Part shown: piece after piece, positions 26,457 to 32,000 of the stretch
Numbering within the stretch: the first letter of the stretch is position 1
Layout of the letters: every line of letters starts with the position of its first letter
NCBI RefSeq assembly: GCF_023169545.1
Contig: NZ_AP019769.1
Location: 300,001 to 332,000, forward strand
Length of the DNA: 32,000 bases
Direction of reading: 5' to 3'
Source of the DNA: Nanobdella aerobiophila
GTDB lineage: Archaea > Nanobdellota > Nanobdellia > Nanobdellales > Nanobdellaceae
The notes under the pieces: model-generated
What the model was told of the DNA's origin: nothing
What the model saw: the letters and a program-made list of their open reading frames with translations, nothing else
The model's database searches: none
Made by a program: the position numbers and the translations under genes

Positions 26457-26685
26457 TTTTTTAATTATTTATATGTATGTTCTGATCTTTTTATATAATA
26501 ATTAAGTAATAGTTTTTCATCAATATTATATATATTAAACTATACCTATAATTTTTAGTATTATTATATTGTATATTTATATTAATTTCTCTAATAAGCC
26601 TATATAATTTATTATTATAAATCTTTTAAAAGTGCATTATAATCCTATCTCAGAATCATTATTGTGGAAGCAACCTACATGTACA

Positions 26686-26841
26686 TTATTCTTCATATAT
26701 ACCAATAGCATTCTCCGTTATTTCTAAATTACAACTTTTATGTTCTTTACACCACTTCTCACATTTTTCTGCTAGCTCTTTTTCTTTATAAACATAATGG
26801 CATTCTTCGCATCCATAGAATTCTTGAACTTCTATTACCAT
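26686..26841 (-). CDS. 51-aa Cys-rich (zinc-ribbon-like) mini-protein, below the ORF-track size cutoff
   Basis: Reverse translation gives MVIEVQEFYGCEECHYVYKEKELAEKCEKWCKEHKSCNLEITENAIGIYEE*. It contains CxxC plus three further cysteines (CEKWC, SC). A TATA-like TTTATAAAAAAAG lies about 25 nt upstream of the ATG. Confidence 0.5.
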   Translation of the reverse strand: MVIEVQEFYGCEECHYVYKEKELAEKCEKWCKEHKSCNLEITENAIGIYEE

Positions 26842-26970
26842 ATCACAATATTTTCTACTTTTTTTATAAATTTTTTGATTTATAATAATTATTTCTATGG
26901 TGCCTATTTTTACATTTATCTTTAATTCTTATATATGATATAATCCCTAATTTTTTTCTCTATTTATATA

Positions 26971-27078
26971 CTATTTAACTTTTATTATCCTTTTTTTCAT
27001 TAATTTATCTAATATCTTTTCTAATTGATCAAAATTATTTGAAATCTTTCTATATAATGTCCATAAAAATATATGCTT
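26971..27078 (-). pseudogene. 3' fragment of a paralog of the 21940-22218 gene
   Basis: Reads ...YFYGHYRKISNNFDQLEKILDKLMKKRIIKVK*, against EIYEHGYTIQRYLTNFDQLEKVLDKLMKKEFP in the intact gene. There is no in-frame ATG, and an upstream TAG closes the frame. Confidence 0.55.
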
Positions 27079-27269
27079 TTGTGAAACTGCAATGAAAAAT
27101 TATAGTATAAATAAAGAAGATCTAGTATATGTAGATGAAATTTCTAAAAGTGCACAGATTATAATAAAGTATGCAGAAGATGAGTATAAAATACCAACCT
27201 TTTAAGTCTTTATATTAATTATAGTTATTACATAATAGTAGTAACTTTATAAAATTTTTTATTATAATT

Positions 27270-28280
27270 ATGAATATGAGTGAGACAGATCTTAATGAAA
27301 TTTTAAGAGGACTCAATAAATTTAATACATCTGGTATAGATAGAATAATAGAAGAAAATAAAAAAGGAGATGGGGACTTGAGACAGTTTATATTTATATC
27401 GCGAGATTTTGCAGAAAGTGCAATATATTTTATAAGAAGAGAATTGAAAATAAAAGATAATATAAAAGAAATTAATATATATAATCCATGTCTTAGGGAA
27501 TATATTCCAAGAATATATAATAAGGGAGAAATGACGATTTCTATAACAGATCAGGAGTGTAGGGATTTACTACATAGCTGGTATTTTCTATCCAAGTATC
27601 TCAAGGGTAAAGATATTAGTATAAGCGATTTGTATGGAACAAAATTCAAACCTCCTTTACATTCAGAAATAGTTAATAGATTTTTGCAAATAGCATTGCC
27701 AAGACATTACAAAGCTACCGGAAGTAATATAACTTTACTAGATGATATTGTTTCAGGAATGCCTCTATTTAGTATGGTATTTTGGTCTGAATTTTTCCCA
27801 CATTTATATTTTTATATGGATATTGTAGGTCATTATGGATGGAACTATATCACTAACTTAAAGGAAGGATTTAAAAAAGGTGATTTTAAAAGATTAAGAG
27901 ATGAATTTGAGATTACAAACAGATTTGAGAATGACTATAATATACTTAGTGCAGCTTATTATGTAGATTCGCAGTTAAAAATATATAGTTATATTAAGGA
28001 ATTAAATGAATTAAATAAAGAATTAAAAGGAGATGATTATAAAAAATCGCCATTATATAACCTAATTAGAGCGGATGTAACTAAGATAATAGCCTCAATA
28101 TCTGCAGAATACTTTGTACTATCTGATTATAGATATAATTTAGAGTTGCTTTCAAAGAGATTATTAGCTAATGAGAATAAATCAGAAATTAAATTATCGG
28201 AACTTATTGAACTCGAAATATTAAAAAAGATTAAAGAAGACTTCTACGTACAATTAATGAAGCAATATTTACCAAAATAG
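27270..28280 (+). CDS. Hypothetical 336-aa protein (ORFan by motif inspection)
   Basis: Long ORF with balanced composition, no TM segment and no motif recognised. Confidence 0.55.
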   Translation: MNMSETDLNEILRGLNKFNTSGIDRIIEENKKGDGDLRQFIFISRDFAESAIYFIRRELKIKDNIKEINIYNPCLREYIPRIYNKGEMTISITDQECRDLLHSWYFLSKYLKGKDISISDLYGTKFKPPLHSEIVNRFLQIALPRHYKATGSNITLLDDIVSGMPLFSMVFWSEFFPHLYFYMDIVGHYGWNYITNLKEGFKKGDFKRLRDEFEITNRFENDYNILSAAYYVDSQLKIYSYIKELNELNKELKGDDYKKSPLYNLIRADVTKIIASISAEYFVLSDYRYNLELLSKRLLANENKSEIKLSELIELEILKKIKEDFYVQLMKQYLPK

Positions 28281-28396
28281 ATTGATTTATACTAAAAAAG
28301 GCTATAATAAATATTTTATTTTTTAGAATATAGAAAGTTTATATATGTCTAAATAAAATATTTAAAAAATCAAGTAGTATAGGAAGCGATAAATAT

Positions 28397-28550
28397 CAAG
28401 GATATTTAATAACAAGAATGGGATTTGAAAAAGGATATTAATGAACTAGAAGATTTTACTAAAGAAAAATTTAATACAGTAAGGGAATATTTAGATTTTC
28501 AACCAATTATTGAAAAATATAATAAATATTATTTAAGTTTAATAAAATGA
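28397..28550 (+). pseudogene. Second HIT 3'-end fragment, continuing as an open tail whose stop overlaps the HEPN start
   Basis: caaggatatttaataacaagaatgggatttgaaaaagg aligns to gaaggatatttaacaacaagggtaggtttcgaaaagag of the intact HIT gene (GYLTTRVGFEK). After a 1-nt shift it reads KKDINELEDFTKEKFNTVREYLDFQPIIEKYNKYYLSLIK*. The TGA at 28548-28550 overlaps the ATG at 28547. Confidence 0.55.
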
Positions 28551-28925
28551 AAGAATTAATCTATGAATATATAAAAGAATTAATAAAATCATTAAAACAA
28601 TGGGAAAGGTATGAAAAAATTGATAAAAATAAATTTCTTTCTGATGAAGATATTCAAAATATGGTAATGCATGGAATTCTAAGAGCAATACAGTCTATAA
28701 TTGATTTAGGTAATTCTATTATTGAAAGAAATATTTGATATATTGGAAAGACATAATATTATTGATAAGAATTTATCTGAAAGATTAAAGAAATTGACGA
28801 GTTTTAGAAATTTTTTAGTCCATTTATATTATGATATAGATTTAAATATAGTTTATAATTTATTAAAAAATGAAAGAATAGCATTAGGAGGATTTTTTAA
28901 TCATTGCAAAAGATATAATAAATAA
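28547..28925 (+). pseudogene. HEPN/DUF86 (HepT-like) gene split into two frames
   Basis: The two track ORFs (28547-28738 and 28722-28925) are in different frames. Together they give the DUF86 pattern ...AIQSIIDLGNSII / KEIFDILERHNIIDKNLSERLKKLTSFRNFLVHLYYDIDLNIV, which includes the Rx4H motif RNFLVH. The linker segment usually found between them appears to be deleted. Confidence 0.7.
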
Positions 28926-28979
28926 AATATAAGAATTTTTAATAATCTTTAAATATTTTATTTTATAATATAATGATTC

Positions 28980-29441
28980 ATGGAGGCTTGTATATTTTGT
29001 AAAATTTCTAGAAAAGAAATAGAATCTGCAATAATATGGGAAAATGATAGATGGATATTAATATTAGATAAGTTTCCTATAATAAAAGGTCAATCTTTAT
29101 TAATTCCTAAAGAACATGTTTTAACTGGTATAGAAGATTTATCAGAAAATTATTTAAGCGAATTACCTTTTATAATTAAAGAATCTATAAAGATATTAAA
29201 AAAAGGATTGAATGTAAAGAAAGTTGCAGTTGTTGTCGAAGGTACAGGAGTATTTCATTTTCATGTAAAATTATATCCTTTAATTGGTTGGAATGGTGAA
29301 AAATTATTAATTGATAATCCAAAAATATGGTTTGATAAATATGAAGGATATTTAACAACAAGGGTAGGTTTCGAAAAGAGTATTGAAGAATTAAGAAAAA
29401 TTGCTGAAGAAATTAAAAATAATAATAAAGATATTTCATGA
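28980..29441 (+). CDS. HIT (histidine triad) family nucleotide hydrolase/transferase with an H-x-H-x-K variant triad
   Basis: N-terminal zinc-type CIFC, FPIIKGQSLLIPKEH, and the triad region GVFHFHVKLYP (H93, H95, K97; nt 29256-29270). Confidence 0.85.
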   Translation: MEACIFCKISRKEIESAIIWENDRWILILDKFPIIKGQSLLIPKEHVLTGIEDLSENYLSELPFIIKESIKILKKGLNVKKVAVVVEGTGVFHFHVKLYPLIGWNGEKLLIDNPKIWFDKYEGYLTTRVGFEKSIEELRKIAEEIKNNNKDIS

Positions 29442-29590
29442 TTTTATTAATATATGTTATCTATAAGGGATTCTAAATAATTATTAATAATTATTTAAAA
29501 AATATAACATTTAAATTTAAAATCTACAATAATATAATATAAACAAATATATAGAAAAGGTTAGAATAAAAAATTATTAAATCCAATTGA

Positions 29591-29683
29591 AGATATAATC
29601 ATTTAATTGTAAAAAATAAATATATTTATTGTCTACGAAGAAGTGGAAAATCAAATATATTGGAAGCAATAAGTTTAATATAA
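29591..29683 (+). pseudogene. Walker-A remnant of a further archaeal AAA ATPase paralog
   Basis: The short frame reads ...HLIVKNKYIYCLRRSGKSNILEAISLI*. Compare VLYGIRRSGKSYILRQIAKKL in the 5511 gene. The downstream sequence has stops in all frames. Confidence 0.45.
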
Positions 29684-29992
29684 AAAATTAGAACGAAAAA
29701 TTAAATATTTTTCATATGAATGTATGAAGAGTAATAGAAATAGGAGTAAATAATTCAATAATAGATATTAAATATAAGAATAATGTAATTGATATAGAAA
29801 ATAATATATTAAAAGATTTATATACTAGAATAAAATTCTATAGGTTTAGTCTTGATTGTAATTTTTCAAATTCATATACAATAATCTTTTGCCTATATTT
29901 AAAAAAATAAAATACTACTTCTTTTTAATATTATAAAATATTATGCATTAAATACTTAAGCAATATATATAATTAGACCTCATATGTGATGA

Positions 29993-30012
29993 CGGATAAC
30001 TATCGTTATCCG
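29993..30012. other. GC-rich perfect hairpin/palindrome CGGATAAC-TATC-GTTATCCG in a long AT-rich spacer
   Basis: Read directly from the sequence. It is flanked by GTGATGA (29986-29992) and CTGA (30025-30028), with short complementary ATAT flanks. Confidence 0.6.
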
Positions 30013-30203
30013 ACATATATTATTCTGAATATTATACCATTATTAGCATTTTATAATTTTATATTTAAATAATCATGATAAAATCATTGAATATTTATAT
30101 AATTATTTGTATTTTTAATAGATATGAAAAATCATAGTATTTAACAAGAAAAAATATTTTATAGGTAAAAATTTTAATATTAATATTTAACTAAATTAAA
30201 AAA

Positions 30204-30893
30204 CTAATATTGATAATATACTAGCCTTTTTAAAGGATGGTCTGATATGCCACCCAATAGTATAGGTTTATATCCTATACCGTCTATAAGCATTTTATAA
30301 CCGAATTCATCTTTTTCTATCCTTGCTAATCTGTACTCAATATGATATGGTTGAGCTAAGGAATCTATTTTAGTTAAGGGAGTTACATTAGTTAATGCAT
30401 ATGCTCCCTTCTTCTCAATTGCCGTTTCAACTAATTCACTCCTATATTTGGATTTTTGATCATTAAGATTTGAAGTTATATATTCTAGATCACTTCTTTT
30501 TAATAATACTCCATATTTTAGTTTACCTGTATCTCTATCTGCGAATCCAATAACAAAAGCTCCCCTTTTCTCAGGATCGTGATATTCTTCTATTTTAAAA
30601 GACATCTTGCTGATATCAGTAATCTTGTAATTATCACTATTTAAAGGATCTTGTCCAAAATATATTTTTAAATCTTTGAGAGCTCCTGGAATTTCTTTAA
30701 ATCCTTGCCTTCCATAATATTCACCAATTTTTCCACCACCTACTGTCGTACAATCCTCGTATTTTTGTAAATCTTCAATAGATCTAAGACCTCCATATAG
30801 ATGTTTTTCTAATAGTCTAACACATTCCTCAGTACTGTATCCTTTTATAACTCTTCCTACTAGAATGGTATCAAGTGTTTTGTCACTGACCAT
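30204..30893 (-). CDS. Conserved-looking hypothetical protein (229 aa)
   Basis: Intact ORF that is visibly less AT-rich than its neighbours, with a globular composition. No family was recognised. Confidence 0.65.
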   Translation of the reverse strand: MVSDKTLDTILVGRVIKGYSTEECVRLLEKHLYGGLRSIEDLQKYEDCTTVGGGKIGEYYGRQGFKEIPGALKDLKIYFGQDPLNSDNYKITDISKMSFKIEEYHDPEKRGAFVIGFADRDTGKLKYGVLLKRSDLEYITSNLNDQKSKYRSELVETAIEKKGAYALTNVTPLTKIDSLAQPYHIEYRLARIEKDEFGYKMLIDGIGYKPILLGGISDHPLKRLVYYQY

Positions 30894-31133
30894 AAGGTAA
30901 TATTAATCAAAAAATTTATAAATATTTCTATAGTTTTAAATAATCCTTATATAAAAATTTTATAATCTTAGAATCTAAGTCCAAATTTTTCAATAATATA
31001 TCTATAACTTATTAACTTTTTTAATTTATTTATTTGTTTAAATATTTATCATAATATAAATAATTCATATTGAAAAAATTGGATTTAACCTAAATATCAT
31101 TATAATATATATAGAGATTTAATAATAAAAATA

Positions 31134-32000
31134 TTAGATTGTTTCTATCAGAATTTTAGAACTTTTCTTATCTATCACATCTAGATCTATCTCAAATATA
31201 TTATTATATTTATCTATTAATATTATTTTAGAATTAAGTATAATTACATTTCCTCTACCCATAGTATATACAAACATAGGTCCTTTATCAGTTAATAGAT
31301 CCCACTCTAACTGATCCCCTTTTATATTTATCTTGTTTATTTTATTAACTTTGAATATTAAACTATTATATTTTAAAGCATTCTCCAATATCCTTTTATA
31401 ATCAGGATCAAGTTTTGTATAATCTTCTAATAGAAATATTTCGTTTCCTTCTTCATCATAAAATCCAATAAATTTTGGATTTGTAATTGGAAATAACATC
31501 TTAGGCATTAGCTCAATATATTTTTTTCCATCATATGTTATATCTACCCTACTGGGTCTAGTAGATGGTTCTATAATAATATTATCATTTATTAAATTTA
31601 ATTTATTTTTATTACCTTTTATTTCTCTTGAAAAAACATTCTCTTCATTAATCTGTTCTCTAAACATTTTATAAAATTCTCCTTTTATATTTAATAATTC
31701 TTGTGGATTACCTTCCTCTACTAATTTCCCATCATCTAATACGATTACCTTATCAGCATTCATAACCTCATGCACATTATGTGTTATCATTATAACTGTT
31801 TTATTATGAGACGCATTAATCATAGCTTCATATACTTCTCTTTCACTCATTACGTCTAAATTTGATGTTGCTTCATCAAATATTAATATATCGGGATCTT
31901 TTATCATAGCTCTTGCGATACTTATTCTTTGTCTTTGTCCTCCAGATAAGAATGTACCCCTCTCTCCTAAAATAGTATCATATGCAAATGGTAACCTAAT
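31134..32000 (-). CDS. ABC transporter ATP-binding domain (exporter type) with a C-terminal DUF1854-like extension; 5' part lies outside the window
   Basis: The frame continues past the track start to the window edge as ...LPFAYDTILGERGTFLSGGQRQRISIARAMIKDPDILIFDEATSNLD, covering the ABC signature, Walker B and D-loop, then the H-loop ITHN. A further extension of about 150 aa (LFPITNPKFIGFYDEEGNEIFLLEDY...WDLLTDKGPMFVY...LIDKYNNIFEIDLDVIDKKS) matches my recollection of DUF1854. Confidence 0.8.
   Translation of the reverse strand: MRLPFAYDTILGERGTFLSGGQRQRISIARAMIKDPDILIFDEATSNLDVMSEREVYEAMINASHNKTVIMITHNVHEVMNADKVIVLDDGKLVEEGNPQELLNIKGEFYKMFREQINEENVFSREIKGNKNKLNLINDNIIIEPSTRPSRVDITYDGKKYIELMPKMLFPITNPKFIGFYDEEGNEIFLLEDYTKLDPDYKRILENALKYNSLIFKVNKINKINIKGDQLEWDLLTDKGPMFVYTMGRGNVIILNSKIILIDKYNNIFEIDLDVIDKKSSKILIETI

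Noticed and set aside
27089-27205. 38-aa plus-strand ORF MKNYSINKEDLVYVDEISKSAQIIIKYAEDEYKIPTF
   Set aside because: It is short, has no motif, and overlaps the open frame extending upstream of the 92-aa paralog fragment on the opposite strand. I cannot tell which strand, if either, is coding.
8285-28435. The about 20-kb interval between the two HIT 3' fragments as a single integrated mobile element
   Set aside because: The interval contains core genes (MiaB-like, OFOR alpha, SQR, VKOR) and no integrase. The fragments also lie upstream of the intact HIT gene, which is the wrong geometry for a simple target-regenerating integration. The repeats are kept as a finding, but not this interpretation.
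1-32000. Stop-codon reassignment or a recoded genetic code as the explanation for the in-frame TAA/TAG codons
   Set aside because: TAA, TAG and TGA all terminate long, motif-complete housekeeping ORFs here at the expected lengths (MiaB-like, OFOR, SQR, GT2, ATPases). The in-frame stops are confined to accessory genes that also carry frameshifts and truncations, so pseudogenisation is the simpler explanation.
1-32000. CRISPR arrays, rRNA genes, IS elements, transposases or integrases
   Set aside because: I found no regularly spaced direct repeats, no rRNA-like GC-rich blocks, and no ORF with DDE, tyrosine- or serine-recombinase motifs on either strand.

Overview
This is a very AT-rich archaeal chromosomal segment, roughly one quarter G+C by eye. 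Archaeal origin is supported by TATA-like boxes 20-33 nt upstream of many ATGs, an archaeal-type MiaB-like enzyme, a fused gamma/alpha 2-oxoacid:ferredoxin oxidoreductase subunit, expanded COG1373 ATPases and a thermopsin-like exoprotease. The last suggests a thermoacidophile. All calls come from motif recognition in the supplied translations and my own reading of both strands; no database search was run.

Content from left to right:
- 1-2327: a PEP-utilising enzyme that runs off the left edge and is missing from the ORF track, a GT4 glycosyltransferase remnant and an intact GT2.
- 2.3-8.2 kb: a decaying defence-island-like block. It holds three COG1373 AAA-ATPase/DUF4143 paralogs (one with an in-frame TAG), a broken vapBC pair and a broken antitoxin/PIN pair. 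Each ATPase gene has its own perfect palindrome at its TATA box.
- 8.3-10.6 kb: a degenerate copy of the 3' part of a HIT gene, a NUDIX-methyltransferase-like fusion, two ORFans and a GC-rich tRNA-like remnant.
- 10.7-15.2 kb: a 770-aa thermopsin-like anchored glycoprotein with 222-bp tandem repeats, then a wHTH/ORFan trio.
- 15.3-21.9 kb: housekeeping genes. These are MiaB-like, a P-loop protein, OFOR alpha, VKOR, a SAM methyltransferase, and SQR followed by a DUF1641-like and a 4-TM protein.
- 22.4-26.5 kb: a three-gene cassette of unassignable proteins. It encodes one helical cytoplasmic protein and two N-terminally anchored exoproteins, one with a GH-A-like motif series. Direct repeats of a small gene's 3' end bracket it.
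- 26.7-32 kb: a Cys-rich mini-protein, a 336-aa ORFan, a second HIT 3' fragment start/stop-coupled to a disrupted HEPN/DUF86 gene, the intact HIT gene (H-x-H-x-K variant), an ATPase Walker-A remnant, a GC-rich hairpin with C/D-box-like flanks, a conserved unknown, and an ABC exporter with a DUF1854-like tail.

No CRISPR array, rRNA, canonical tRNA, integrase or transposase was seen. The best candidates for something new are the 22.4-26.5 kb cassette, the paralog-specific operator/ATPase arrangement, and the scattered HIT 3'-end copies.
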